Source: an uncultured Mycoplasmatota bacterium (lineage in GTDB: Bacteria > Bacillota_I > Bacilli_A > RF39 > UBA660). Taken from it: a DNA stretch of 64,000 nucleotides. Both the position numbers and the translations under genes were made by a program. The notes beneath the pieces are model-generated. The model made no database searches, was not told where the DNA came from, and saw nothing but the letters and a program-made list of their open reading frames with translations. The stretch is taken from positions 7,292-71,291 of the forward strand of contig CAMLWC010000002.1 of the NCBI GenBank assembly GCA_946488855.1. Reading direction: 5' to 3'. Below, one piece after another: positions 1-10,500 of the stretch (the stretch's first letter is position 1; each line of letters opens with the position of its first letter).

Positions 1-18
1 ATTTAATTATTATATAAA

Positions 19-1887
19 TTATCTGTTATTATAATTATTTTTAATTTTTAAAACTCTTAAAGCATTTACAATGGCTAGCACAGAAACACCAACATCAGCA
101 AATACTGCTTCCCACATAGTTGATACTCCGAATGCACTTAAAATTAAAACTCCAATTTTTACTGCAATAGCAAATACTATATTTTGTTTTACAATTCTCA
201 TTGTTTTTTTAGAAATCTGAACAGAACTTGCAATTTTAGATGGTTCATCTGTCATAATAACCACATCAGCTGCTTCAATAGCTGCATCACTTCCAAGACC
301 ACCCATTGCTACTCCTATATCAGATAGTGCTAGAACTGGAGCATCATTGATTCCATCTCCAACAAAGATAAGTTTTCCTCCAGATGATTTTTGAGTCATT
401 AATTTTTCTACCCAAGAAACTTTATCTTGTGGTAATAATTCTGCGTGATACTCGTCTAAATTAAGTTCATTAGCTATAGACTCACTAATATTATCACGAT
501 CTCCTGTTAACATAACAACTTTTTTAACATTATTGTTTTTAAATAACTTTACTGCTTTATAAGAATCTTCTTTAATTTTATCAGCAATTAATATTGTTCC
601 TGCAAATTCATCATTTATTGCAACATATACTATTGTTCCTGTTTCTTCACTCTTTTGAAATTTAATATTATATTCTTTCATTATTTTTTCGTTTCCAACT
701 AAAACCATCTTTCCATCTACTTTTGCTAAAACACCTTTACCTGAAATTTCTTGTGTTTCAGTAACAAGTTTTTCATTAATTTCTTTATTGTATGCTTGTT
801 TCAATGAAATAGAGATTGGATGATTAGAAAAACCTTCTGCATAAGCTGCATATCTTAATAACTCATCATCAGAGTATCCAATAGCTTTAATTTTTTGAAC
901 CTTAAATACTCCCTCTGTTAATGTTCCTGTCTTATCACACACTACAATTTCAGCACTTGCAAGAGCTTCTAGGTAGTTACTTCCCTTTATTAATACCCCT
1001 ATTTTAGAAGCTGCTCCTATTCCACCAAAGAATGATAAAGGAATAGAAATAACCAAAGCACATGGACAAGAAACAACTAAAAATGACAATGCTCGATATA
1101 ACCAATCACTAAATAAGGCTTCTTTAATAACAAGAGGAGGAATTACTGCTAATGCAACTGATACTATAACTACAATTGGAGTATAGTATTTTGCAAATTT
1201 GCTAATAAAGTTTTCAGACTTCGATTTTCTACTACTAGCATTTTCTACTAAATCTAATATCTTACTAACAGTTGATTCTTCAAATTCTTTACTTACTTTA
1301 ATTTTTAATATTCTATCATTGTTTATACAACCACTTAATACTTCATCATTTACAGTTACTTTTCTTGGTACTGATTCTCCTGTTAATGCTTGTGTATTAA
1401 GCATTGATTCGCCATCTACTACAATTCCATCTAAAGGAATTTTTTCTCCCGGTTTTACTAATATAATTTCTCCAATATTTACTTCATCTGGATCTACTCG
1501 TTCAATTTCATCCTCTCGATATACGTTAGCATAGTCTGGCCTTATATCCATAAGACTTGCAACAGACTTCCTTGATCTATCTACTGCATAGCTTTGAAAT
1601 AATTCTCCTATTTGATAGAAAAGCATTACTGCAACCGCTTCTGGGAATTCTCCAATGCAAAATGCTCCAATTGTTGCAACAGTCATTAAAAAGTTTTCAT
1701 CAAAAACTTTACCTTTAAAAATATTTCTTACTGCCTTCAATACAATGTCATAACCCACAATTATATAAGCAATTACATACAAAATATTACTATATAATTC
1801 GGTATCAAATTTAAGCAATAAGGAAATAACAACCAATAAAAGAGAAATAATTATCTTAATTAATTGCTTACTCATTTTTCGGCTCAT
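19..1887 (-). CDS. cadA: Heavy-metal translocating P1B-type ATPase (Cd/Zn/Co type by context)
   Basis: 622-aa ORF with TGES-type actuator motif (LTGESVP), membrane CPC metal site (SCPCALVISIP), DKTGTLT phosphorylation site and GDGINDAP hinge. Last gene after the ArsR/CadC-like repressor and HMA protein. Metal specificity is inferred from context only. Confidence 0.9.
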   Translation of the reverse strand: MSRKMSKQLIKIIISLLLVVISLLLKFDTELYSNILYVIAYIIVGYDIVLKAVRNIFKGKVFDENFLMTVATIGAFCIGEFPEAVAVMLFYQIGELFQSYAVDRSRKSVASLMDIRPDYANVYREDEIERVDPDEVNIGEIILVKPGEKIPLDGIVVDGESMLNTQALTGESVPRKVTVNDEVLSGCINNDRILKIKVSKEFEESTVSKILDLVENASSRKSKSENFISKFAKYYTPIVVIVSVALAVIPPLVIKEALFSDWLYRALSFLVVSCPCALVISIPLSFFGGIGAASKIGVLIKGSNYLEALASAEIVVCDKTGTLTEGVFKVQKIKAIGYSDDELLRYAAYAEGFSNHPISISLKQAYNKEINEKLVTETQEISGKGVLAKVDGKMVLVGNEKIMKEYNIKFQKSEETGTIVYVAINDEFAGTILIADKIKEDSYKAVKLFKNNNVKKVVMLTGDRDNISESIANELNLDEYHAELLPQDKVSWVEKLMTQKSSGGKLIFVGDGINDAPVLALSDIGVAMGGLGSDAAIEAADVVIMTDEPSKIASSVQISKKTMRIVKQNIVFAIAVKIGVLILSAFGVSTMWEAVFADVGVSVLAIVNALRVLKIKNNYNNR

Positions 1888-1892
1888 GATAA

Positions 1893-2117
1893 CTATACCT
1901 CCTCAATGGTTACATCTGGTTCTTCTTTTTTTATGATTTTTCTAATTTTCTCTAATGCTTGTTCCTTATTTTCTTCAGTACATTCAAAGTTTAATTTTTG
2001 TGTCATAAAACTGATACTAACATTCTCAATAATATCAATTTTTCGTAATGCTTCTTCTAATTCATTTGCACAATTTGCACAATCTAAGTTTTTAATTTTA
2101 AATTTGTATTTGTTCAT
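1893..2117 (-). CDS. Heavy-metal-associated (HMA) domain metallochaperone-like protein
   Basis: 74-aa ORF with a CxxC metal-binding motif near the N-terminus (LDCANCANELE) and the size of a single HMA fold. Sits 5 nt upstream of the P-type ATPase. Confidence 0.7.
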   Translation of the reverse strand: MNKYKFKIKNLDCANCANELEEALRKIDIIENVSISFMTQKLNFECTEENKEQALEKIRKIIKKEEPDVTIEEV

Positions 2118-2141
2118 TTTAATCCTTCTTTCTTTATATTT

Positions 2142-2504
2142 TTAACCTTTATGGTTAATGTGCACTAAACCAATTTCAAACAATTTAACAATATGTTCAT
2201 CATCCAAAGTATAATATACTTCTTTTCCACTTTTTCTGCACTTAACAACTCCACTTCTTCTAAGAACTGCAAGTTGGTGTGAGATAGATGATTTAGTCAT
2301 ATTTAGTATATTTGCTAAATCACAAACACACATTTCGCTTTGATCTAATGCAAATAAAATTCTACATCTTGTTGTATCTCCTATCAGTTTGAATAAATCT
2401 GCTAAATGGTTAAATGTGTCTTCATTTGGCATTTTTTGTAATACCTCATCTACAGCTTCTTGATGAATAACATTACAATCACAAGAAAATTCATTTCTAG
2501 ACAT
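2142..2504 (-). CDS. cadC: ArsR/SmtB-family metalloregulatory repressor (CadC-like)
   Basis: 120-aa ORF with the family motif around EMCVCDLANIL (ELCVCDL-type metal site plus wHTH). It also has an N-terminal Cys pair (FSCDCNV) as in CadC. First gene of the metal operon. Confidence 0.8.
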   Translation of the reverse strand: MSRNEFSCDCNVIHQEAVDEVLQKMPNEDTFNHLADLFKLIGDTTRCRILFALDQSEMCVCDLANILNMTKSSISHQLAVLRRSGVVKCRKSGKEVYYTLDDEHIVKLFEIGLVHINHKG

Positions 2505-2534
2505 AAATTCCCTCCAATAATATTATATGTTTTT

Positions 2535-2554
2535 AGTTGAATATTTGTTCAACT
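2535..2554. promoter_or_regulatory. Candidate ArsR/CadC operator (perfect 7-bp inverted repeat)
   Basis: AGTTGAA-N6-TTCAACT lies about 30 nt upstream of the cadC-like start. A further TTCAACT half-site is at 2579-2585. ArsR/SmtB repressors bind imperfect dyads overlapping their own promoters. Confidence 0.45.
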
Positions 2555-2596
2555 GATTATATTATATATGAATGCATATTCAACTGTCAATGATTT

Positions 2597-2760
2597 TAGA
2601 ACAAAAGTCAAATAAATTTGACTGCATCTAATCTCACGATTAAATATTTCTCCTTCTTCGGTGGCTTTTGCTTTTTCCTCCAGAGACTAATTTCCGATAG
2701 TCGCTACCGTACTTGTTTTTATTTATTTTATTTGCAGTGAAATTTTTTTGAGGTTTGTTC
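2597..2760 (-). ncRNA. Putative omega-RNA (reRNA) scaffold / right end of tnpB element, copy 1
   Basis: About 165 nt of non-coding tail directly 3' of tnpB is conserved almost base-for-base with 42440-42605. TnpB guide RNAs are known to derive from the tnpB 3' end plus the right end. Confidence 0.5.
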
Positions 2761-3904
2761 ATGTAAATAACTTAGTATTATTTATTAAACCTTCCCACAT
2801 TATATTTATTGCTGCATTTATATCTCGATCATTTTCATTGTTGCATTTTGAACATGTCCATTTTCTTTTATTTAAGTCTTTTAATTCTCTATTTTTATTA
2901 TTACAATGACTACATATTTGACTACTTGGATAATATGTGTCTATTTGATAAAAATGTTTGTTTTGCCATTTACTTTTATATTCTAGTTGTCTTATTATTT
3001 CACTTAAACTTGCATCACTTAAATATTTGGACATCTCTTTTTTTTCTATTAGTTTTTTTATTTGTATGGTTTCGGTTATTATTAAGTCGTTAGCACTTAC
3101 TATTTCTTTTGTTATTTTATGAATTGTATAATTTCTTGCATTTTTTAGTTTTTTATATGTTTCTTTTATTTTGTTTTTTATTTTGTAATAATTTTTGCTA
3201 TATTTTTCTTTTTTGCTTAACCATTTTTGTAAATTTTTTATTTTATTTTCATATTTGGTTATTTATTTTTTGTTTTCATATTTTTCACCAAAACTTGTTA
3301 TTACTAAATCTTTTACTCCTAAATCTATTCCAACTATTGTTTTTGGTATTATATTTTTTTCTTCTAAATCTTCCTCATATAACACTGATACATAATATCT
3401 ATTTATTTCTTTACTTATTGTAGCATTTATTATTCTTCCTTTTATTTCTTTTGTTTTACGATATCCTCTTATTTTCATATTCTTTAGTTTTGGTAACGTG
3501 ATTGTTTTGTTTATTATATCTAATTTAATATTTTCATATACTTTATTTTTATAGATGTTTTTTATATAGTTTGTGCGATAACTATTTTTACTATATTTAT
3601 CTTTATATTTTGGATAATTTTTTGTTCTATGAAAATTTTTAAAGGCATTTCCTAAATCAAATATAGTAGTTGATAGAGCCATACTATCTACTTCCATTAA
3701 CCATGGATATGTTTGTTTTAAAAGTGGTAATTCTTTTATACAATCAAATTTTTGCTTAGTCATTTTATTTTCTTTATATAGTTTTTCTTTTTCATATAAC
3801 ATTGTATTATAGATAAATCTAGTACTGCCTAAAGTTTTATTTATTAATTCTTGTTGAATTTTGTTTGGATATAATCTAAATTTATATGCTTTATATATTT
3901 TCAT
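2759..3904 (-). pseudogene. tnpB: tnpB (RNA-guided nuclease / OrfB) with a single in-frame nonsense codon
   Basis: Same 382-codon frame as the intact copy at 42603-43748. TAA at 3263-3265 replaces the Tyr codon TAC of the intact copy (..ENKK*ITKYE vs ..ENKKYITKYE). The C-terminal Zn-finger/RuvC-III region (CSHCNNKN..CSKCNNENDRDINAAINI) is retained. Confidence 0.85.
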
Positions 3905-4010
3905 TTTATCACCACCGTGATTAAATTTTATCATACGTACATATGTTTGTTAATATACTTATTTAAAATTTTTCAAAGCACTTTTCTAGTATATAAAAAA
4001 AAGAAAGGAT

Positions 4011-4853
4011 TTAGCTTTCTATTAAATATAATTTATTTAATTCATTTTTAACATCTATTGCAACGCATCTACTAAGCATATAACTTTTTTTAATATAGGG
4101 AATAATAGTTCCTATGTCATTTCCGTTAGATATTTTATATGTCATACATAAAGGCTCTACTCCTGTTTGATAAGTATAATCTAATATATTTTGATTGTCT
4201 TCTACTTTTAACAATCTGACATATAATCCATATTTTCTTTTAGTAATAGAAATAAAATTTCTTTTCGATTTAAATCTATAATCTCTATATAATTTATTAC
4301 AAACAATATTATTTCCTAATTCCATAATTCTATTTGAAATATTTTTGAACAATAATTCACAAATAGATTCATGTGGCGTTTTAAGATAGCCATATAATTC
4401 TTTAGCTAGTTCAAATGCATATTCCAAATTTTTTATATTTTCTACTAGCAAATAATAGCTTAAAGATGTATTTTCATAACCTTTTCTAATTTTTAATTTG
4501 TTTTGTAAATCAAATTGTTTAACATCTTTTAAAAAACATATATATAAATCATTTTGATTGATTCGAACTTCTATAAATCTCCTTTTTAATTTATATACAA
4601 CATTTTTTAACAAATAATTTCTTATTATATCTTTTTCTATAGAAATAATATACTCATCAAATTTATCAAATAATTTAATAGTTTCATCTTTCTTATTGTA
4701 AGTTATATCTTTATAATTACTAGTATCATTATTATAAATTACATTGTTAATATTATCATCTTCACTTTTAAGCTTACAAATTTCCACTTTAACTTTTCTT
4801 TCTAATTTTGGATACTCCTCATTTTTTGAATAAATAACATTGTTATAGATCAA
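4011..4853 (-). CDS. Hypothetical protein, paralogue of 19644-20423 (two DUF5655-like modules by pattern)
   Basis: 280-aa ORF alignable with the 259-aa ORF at 19644-20423 (IIRNYLLKNVVYKLKRRFIEV.. vs IKRNYLIKNVVYRFGKKIIEI..; RKYGLYVRLLKVEDNQNIL vs RKYGIYVRLLDVEDNNNIL). Both directly follow the 27-nt att-like core. The domain assignment is from memory and weak. Confidence 0.4.
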   Translation of the reverse strand: MIYNNVIYSKNEEYPKLERKVKVEICKLKSEDDNINNVIYNNDTSNYKDITYNKKDETIKLFDKFDEYIISIEKDIIRNYLLKNVVYKLKRRFIEVRINQNDLYICFLKDVKQFDLQNKLKIRKGYENTSLSYYLLVENIKNLEYAFELAKELYGYLKTPHESICELLFKNISNRIMELGNNIVCNKLYRDYRFKSKRNFISITKRKYGLYVRLLKVEDNQNILDYTYQTGVEPLCMTYKISNGNDIGTIIPYIKKSYMLSRCVAIDVKNELNKLYLIES

Positions 4854-4923
4854 ATTAAATGTAGAATAGACTTCTATATTGGAATGACTTTTCTTATTTA
4901 TATAAGCATCTTCGAACTCAAAA

Positions 4924-4950
4924 ATGTTCCTGTGTAACCACCAAGATTGC
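4924..4950 (-). repeat. 27-nt att-like core, copy 1 (junction between two tandem elements)
   Basis: atgttcctgtgtaaccaccaagattgc is identical to 20533-20559. It lies 45 nt beyond the 3' end of the serine recombinase pseudogene and is followed by the paralogous first gene of the next element. Confidence 0.7.
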
Positions 4951-4994
4951 TGGACGTCGATTTTACTTGTAAAAAAAATTATTTGACATAATAT

Positions 4995-6577
4995 TTAATT
5001 TTCAAAATAAATATTTTTTATACTTCCATCTTTAAAATATATTTCTAAATTCATTTTATATCTAGTTTCTAATTTAGTAACTATAATTTTATCTAATAAT
5101 AAGTTTATAAATACATTTAAATTATATTTAACATTTAAAATGTTTTTTATTTCTTTTTCTACATCATTAATACTTGAAGGTATATCAATATCTTTTTTTA
5201 TATTCATTAATTGAGCATTTATTTTATTTATCTCATTTTCATTTTTATCTAGCTTAGTTTTTAAATCTTCATCAGAAATAATTTTAGATAAATTTAAATT
5301 TATTAATTTATCTTTATGACTTATTAATTCTTCAAGTTTGTTTTCTAAATCTATTTTTGTTTTATTATTCGATACAATTAAAACTTCATTATAAAGTTTA
5401 ATCATTTCATTAATTATATCTTTTAAATATTCTTTAATATATTTATTTATTATATTCTCCATTAACTCATCTAGTTTTTTTCCCTAATAATTAGAGATTC
5501 ACAAGTAAGTACTCCTTCATTCTTATATCTTTTGCATACCCAAGTAGGATTACTTCTTCTATTTGATCTAGCACACCTCACAAATATTTCATTATGCTCA
5601 CCACAATATATTTTATATGTATATCTAGATTTATCAATCATTGTCTGGCTCGACATAATATAAGTATTTCTTGCTTTGTGTTTTTTTTCATAAATTAAAT
5701 TTGCTTTATCCCATAATTCTTCAGATACTATTGGTTCAATCAAATCAGTTTTATATATTATATGTTCTTCTTTAGGTACTTTTATTTTTTCATGTGTCTT
5801 ATAACTTTCCACTTTTGTTAAATTAGCTGTATAATAACCCTTATATCTAGGATTAGTAAGGATTTTTTTTTAAGTAGTACCTGAATAGACTTTTCCATTT
5901 TTATTTTTATATCCTTTCTTACATAAGATATCCGCTATCTTTTCAAAAGAATATTTTCCAGTTACATATAAATTAAATAATGTCTCAATAATTGGTCTTT
6001 CTTCTTCATTAATAATCATTCTTCCATCTTTTTTATAATAACCAGTTAAATTACTACCAATTACTTTTCCATCTTTAATCATTCTTTTAATTCCAAATTT
6101 AACTCTTTCAGAAAGTTTTCTTACCTCATCTTGAGCAAGAGATGACATCAAGGTTAATCTGAATTCACTATCTGGATATATAGTATTAATATTATCACTT
6201 ATAAAAAATACTACTGTTCCATTATTTAAAAGTTCTTCAGTATATTTAATACTATCAATTACATTCCTAGAAAATCTAGATATTTCTTTTGTAACTATTA
6301 AATCAAGTTTCCCAGTTTTAGAATCCTCAATCATTCTTAAAAAATTATCTCTATTTTTTATACTAGTTCCACTTATACCTTCATCAATATATTCTCCGAC
6401 TAATTTCCAATTCTTATTTTCATTTATCATTTCTTTAAAATAATTAGATTGATTTTCCAAACTATTTAATTGATCATCTTTATCAGTAGATACTCTTGCA
6501 TAATAACCAACATTTAAATTCATATCAAAAATGGTTTTACCTAATAATAATTCGCTTCTAGTTTTTACAATATTCAT
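4995..6577 (-). pseudogene. Large serine recombinase (integrase), decayed
   Basis: Three consecutive ORF fragments. The first is the resolvase catalytic domain (YYARVSTDKDDQLNSLENQ). An in-frame TAA at 5870-5872 sits just before the ILTNPRYKGYY motif. The second is the recombinase/Zn-ribbon part (CGEHN..CARSN..WVCKRY..C). A frameshift lies around 5462-5473. The third is the coiled-coil C-terminus. Confidence 0.8.
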
Positions 6578-6695
6578 TTTCTTTTTCTTTCATTATTTTT
6601 TCGTTTGCTAATTTAAATTCTTCAAATGTTATTTTACCTTTTTGATATAACTCTTTATTGATTATTAATTTTAATTCTTTTAATATTTTTTTCAT
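6558..6695 (-). CDS. Small 45-aa ORF translationally coupled to the recombinase (function unknown)
   Basis: GGAGGT RBS 6 nt upstream of the ATG at 6695. Hand translation gives MKKILKELKLIINKELYQKGKITFEEFKLANEKIMKEKENEYCKN. It overlaps the recombinase start and is not in the supplied ORF track (too short). Confidence 0.35.
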   Translation of the reverse strand: MKKILKELKLIINKELYQKGKITFEEFKLANEKIMKEKENEYCKN

Positions 6696-6761
6696 ATATA
6701 CCTCCATTTTAATTTTATTAAAATTATTAGTAAATATGAAAAAAACAAGAATTCTTCTTGT

Positions 6762-7562
6762 TCAATAATTATTATTAGTATTATTCAAAAATGCAATTAA
6801 ATAATCAGCAACACCATCTTCATCATTACTTTTAGTAATATAGTCAGCATGCTTTTTTAATTGGTCAGTTGAATTTTCAACAGCTACTCCAATACCAGCA
6901 ATATCAATCATTGATATATCATTATTATCATTGCCAATTGCTATAGTATTCTTTATAGGAATATTTAAGTACTCTGCTAATACTTTTAAAGAATTACCTT
7001 TTGATGAATTAGAACTAATCACACTAAACCATAATTCTTCTTTATCCTCTCTTGATGAATCAACAACACATAAATTAGATTTTTGTTCAATTGATGATTT
7101 ATATTTTTTAACTAATTCTTTTTCTTTACTAATAATCATAATTTGTTTTATCTCTTTTTTTAATAATATATCGAGATTATTATCATCTAATAAAATCTGT
7201 GAATCATTTCTGGTAAACATTGTTACATATTCAGTATTTTCTGATACGAACATAACTCTAAGCCCAAGCTTCTTTGTTTCTTGATATATTATTTTACATT
7301 CCTCTTCTGGTAAATATGTAGAATAAATATTTTTTTTATTAATATTATCATAGATTTCTGTACCATTAGATGATATTAAATATTCATTTAAACCTACTTC
7401 ATTTGAAACCTTTAATGTATAATATCTTGGTCTTGCAGTGCAAATAACAACAGTATTTCCACATTCTACAACCTTTTTTATAATTTTTTTTGTTTTATCA
7501 GAGATATTACCATCAGAATGTCTTAATGTACCATCACTATCAATTGCAATTAAATATTTCAT
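6762..7562 (-). CDS. HAD-superfamily Cof-type (IIB) phosphatase
   Basis: DxDGT nucleophile motif (IAIDSDGTLR) and GDxxND motif (GNDNNDISM). 266 aa. Confidence 0.8.
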   Translation of the reverse strand: MKYLIAIDSDGTLRHSDGNISDKTKKIIKKVVECGNTVVICTARPRYYTLKVSNEVGLNEYLISSNGTEIYDNINKKNIYSTYLPEEECKIIYQETKKLGLRVMFVSENTEYVTMFTRNDSQILLDDNNLDILLKKEIKQIMIISKEKELVKKYKSSIEQKSNLCVVDSSREDKEELWFSVISSNSSKGNSLKVLAEYLNIPIKNTIAIGNDNNDISMIDIAGIGVAVENSTDQLKKHADYITKSNDEDGVADYLIAFLNNTNNNY

Positions 7563-7563
7563 A

Positions 7564-8106
7564 TTAATCTTTATCCATATTAATTATTTTGTTATATTCT
7601 TTAAAAATGTCTAGCATTTCTTCAACAATTACCTTGTTTATTGGATTATCAGGTATACTATCAATTAATACTTGTTCAACGTTTTCAATTGGGAAAGTTT
7701 TAACAGTAAAATTACCATCTTTTTCCCAATCATCTAATTTTGAATTGTTCATATCAAATTTAGCATCAGTATTTATAATATAATAATAAATATCATTTTT
7801 TCTATTCTTACCAGATCCATGATAATTTTTACTATAATAAGTAATTTTTTCAAATGGTTTTAATTTAGCATCTTTTATTTCTATTCCAGTTTCTTCTGAT
7901 ATTTCTCTTAATAAACATTCTTCTAAACTTTCACCATCCTCTAAATGACCACCTGGAAATTGGTAAGTTTTATGAGAATAGCCTAAAGTTATTTCATTAT
8001 TGCTATTGATAATCAAACCTTTTGTTCTAGTAACAACCTCATCAATATCTTCTAATTTTAAATTATCATAATTATATAATATTTCTTTCATACAACTACA
8101 CTCCAT
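7564..8106 (-). CDS. NUDIX hydrolase
   Basis: Complete Nudix box GGHLEDGESLEECLLREISEETGI. Confidence 0.85.
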   Translation of the reverse strand: MECSCMKEILYNYDNLKLEDIDEVVTRTKGLIINSNNEITLGYSHKTYQFPGGHLEDGESLEECLLREISEETGIEIKDAKLKPFEKITYYSKNYHGSGKNRKNDIYYYIINTDAKFDMNNSKLDDWEKDGNFTVKTFPIENVEQVLIDSIPDNPINKVIVEEMLDIFKEYNKIINMDKD

Positions 8107-8133
8107 TCTTTAATCAATTTATATTATATCACA

Positions 8134-9039
8134 TTATCTCAATAATTTTTTACTTTTGTTAAACAAAATATCATTATATAACTCATATTTAGGATACTTT
8201 TCTAGCCACATTAATGAGTTTAAACAATCAAAAAGTAATAATCTGTCATCAAATTTATCACCATTTATCACTTCAAAATTATTTTTTATAAAATTCATAA
8301 TGTTTCGAAAATCATAAGCAGTTAATATTATTTTTGAATTAGTGTTAAAGGAATTAGGATTTCTTGACATACGGTTTATAGGATCTAATTCCCTCTCAAC
8401 AAATGAACGTTTTATTTTTTCAAAATCAATTATTGATATTTTATTATCATCATTAACTAAAATATTATTAAAATGCAAATCCCCATGAATTAATCCAGTT
8501 TTTGCGCCTTCTAATAAATTTGGAATTATATTCTTTAATTCATATAAATAATGTATTTTTTCCTTATTTAAAATATTAGAATCTATAATTTTATTTAAGT
8601 AATTATCATATTCTTTTAACAGCAAATCTAAGCAATTATCATCAAAATGTGAATTATAATCAAGAGAATGTATTTTATCTAACTTTTCCAATAATTGAAC
8701 TAATATCTGTTGTTTTTCACTTTCTTTTAATAATGGCCATTTTAATAATAATGATTCTCCATTAATTTTTCTCTCTAAATAATACACATATGGAAAAGAC
8801 TTTTTCGTAAAATCACTAAATATCACCTTTGGAATAAATTCTAAAGTATCATTATTTAATAAAAATTCCACTTCTTTAATTGTACTATTATCTTTAATAG
8901 GATTAGTGACAATTTTCAAAATATATTTATCATTTATCTGATAAATCATTCTGCTATAACCAGAGGTTATTTGCTTTATACTTGTTATTTTTTCATTTAT
9001 ATTTTTTTCTATTATTTGTATTACTATTTCATTAGGCAT
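8134..9039 (-). CDS. APH/choline-kinase-family phosphotransferase
   Basis: Brenner motif LIHGDLHFNNILV followed by IIDFE (the HGDxxxxN...DFE pattern of aminoglycoside/small-molecule kinases). Confidence 0.75.
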   Translation of the reverse strand: MPNEIVIQIIEKNINEKITSIKQITSGYSRMIYQINDKYILKIVTNPIKDNSTIKEVEFLLNNDTLEFIPKVIFSDFTKKSFPYVYYLERKINGESLLLKWPLLKESEKQQILVQLLEKLDKIHSLDYNSHFDDNCLDLLLKEYDNYLNKIIDSNILNKEKIHYLYELKNIIPNLLEGAKTGLIHGDLHFNNILVNDDNKISIIDFEKIKRSFVERELDPINRMSRNPNSFNTNSKIILTAYDFRNIMNFIKNNFEVINGDKFDDRLLLFDCLNSLMWLEKYPKYELYNDILFNKSKKLLR

Positions 9040-9043
9040 ATAA

Positions 9044-9610
9044 TTACCTCCTTAATACTAATCTTTTATCATCTTTAATTAAATTAATATAATCATTTGG
9101 AGTATTTATATTGACAAATCCATCCCCAACATTAACAAAAGTTCTGTACTCTTCAAAATTATCAAATAAATGATAAAGAGAATGAAGACTATTATCTGAA
9201 TTATCTATTACACTCTTTAACAACTTATAATTATTTACTTTCACAGCAACAATAGCACGTTCATTACCATAAAAGCTTATGTTTTCACATATATCCTTTA
9301 TAATTATATCCATTGTTTTTTCATCATAATATGTATCTCCATATAAATAAGTTGTTGGATCATCAAGATAATCGTAAGCATACTTTTTATGAAAATAATC
9401 ATCATATTTTGAAACTATTCTCTTTGCATATTTACTTTCATGATTTTGATTACTTGATAATATATATATATCATCAGTTGACCTTTCTAAAATCATTCTA
9501 ATAGTTCTATCAATTAATCTTTCATTGTTAATAATAACTTCTTGTTTCGTAATTCCAAGATAATTATTCCATCTTGTTCCTTTGCCATCTGACATTATTA
9601 TATATTTCAT
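9044..9610 (-). CDS. Nucleotidyltransferase-fold protein (NTP-transferase/MobA-like, putative)
   Basis: N-terminal G-rich loop pattern IIMSDGKGTRWNNYLGITKQEVIINNERLIDRTI resembles sugar-/small-molecule nucleotidyltransferases. Confidence 0.5.
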   Translation of the reverse strand: MKYIIMSDGKGTRWNNYLGITKQEVIINNERLIDRTIRMILERSTDDIYILSSNQNHESKYAKRIVSKYDDYFHKKYAYDYLDDPTTYLYGDTYYDEKTMDIIIKDICENISFYGNERAIVAVKVNNYKLLKSVIDNSDNSLHSLYHLFDNFEEYRTFVNVGDGFVNINTPNDYINLIKDDKRLVLRR

Positions 9611-9619
9611 AATTCCACC

Positions 9620-10387
9620 CTAAAATTTACTAATTATCTTTTGAAGTTTTTTTGTTCTAGTTGAAAGATATTCTTGCTTATTCTCGATTGGCTCATAATA
9701 ATTTGTACCAGTGATCAATGAATCAGATATTACTAAAATTGGAAACCCTTCTTTTCCCATAATTTTCATACATTTACCAAATGAAGCAGTTTCTTGTTCA
9801 ATGCAAGACGCACCAAGTTTCATTATTTCTTGCATATGATAATATTCGCCTATTAATGTATCTGTCGAATAAACTCCACCATTTTTATACGAAAAATTAC
9901 TATTTTTTAAAACTCTCTCGATATGTTGTTTAATTTCAGTGCTAAAAAACATTTTATTAAAAAAATTGGCAGTTTCTATTTTCTTTTCAAAATATAATGA
10001 TGCCCCATCACCTGAAATGGAATAACATGGCATAAAAATGTCTCCTTCATGAACATTTTTATCCAAAGAACCAGCAGAACCTAAAAATATATATGGTGCA
10101 TCAATATTTCGCAATAGTAGTAAATTATCAAACATATTTGGTGCTCCTTTGCCAGTCTTAATAAATAATATTTTTTTATTATTATAATACAAAATAAATG
10201 TAGAAGTGCTTCCTATTTTCAAATTTTCAACACTATATTCTTCATTAAATACAAAATGTGGTTTCCAAGTTGGTGAAACAATCACTAAATCAAAATGTTG
10301 CTTATCATCTATATTCAATTTACTCATAGCTACATCGCTAAAAGAATAGTACTTTTTTAGTATATTATTTAATTCATTCTTATTCAT
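9620..10387 (-). CDS. Phosphorylase-superfamily (PNP/UDP/MTAN-fold) protein
   Basis: FLGSAGSLD and CIEQETASF resemble the GSxGxL and E(M/Q)E(x)A motifs of nucleoside phosphorylase/nucleosidase-fold enzymes. Confidence 0.5.
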   Translation of the reverse strand: MNKNELNNILKKYYSFSDVAMSKLNIDDKQHFDLVIVSPTWKPHFVFNEEYSVENLKIGSTSTFILYYNNKKILFIKTGKGAPNMFDNLLLLRNIDAPYIFLGSAGSLDKNVHEGDIFMPCYSISGDGASLYFEKKIETANFFNKMFFSTEIKQHIERVLKNSNFSYKNGGVYSTDTLIGEYYHMQEIMKLGASCIEQETASFGKCMKIMGKEGFPILVISDSLITGTNYYEPIENKQEYLSTRTKKLQKIISKF

Positions 10388-10500
10388 ATTAAATCTTTCT
10401 AACTAAACTTTTTATTTTTGGATTATTAAGATCCTGAATATTTTCGATGCCTAATTCACCCATTTTATCGCCTAAACACCATGTGCGATCATTTTCAAAA

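Larger units (their letters stand above)
2597..4000 (-). mobile_element. IS200/IS605-family tnpB-only element (IS1341-like), copy 1, inactivated
   Basis: About 1.4 kb is alignable end to end with 42440-43845. Similarity starts at tagaacaaaa and stops after ctagtatataaaaaa on the plus strand. No tnpA (Y1 transposase) is present. Confidence 0.8.

Noticed and set aside
1199-1534. Plus-strand ORFs lying antisense inside long minus-strand genes, and one minus-strand ORF antisense to a plus-strand gene. The set is 1199-1534, 1864-2145, 2809-3093, 3109-3423, 3195-3395, 6931-7284, 7589-7783, 9313-9501, 10447-10722, 13426-13686, 21649-21849, 23382-23636, 24443-24772, 25897-26109, 31518-31817, 42770-42958, 43001-43267, 50366-50587, 53733-54017, 57039-57293, 61376-61594, and minus-strand 47444-47824.
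   Set aside because: Each is fully or largely nested opposite a well-supported, motif-bearing gene. They have low-complexity L/F/I/S-rich translations typical of shadow frames in AT-rich DNA, and they lack RBSs. They were treated as non-coding.
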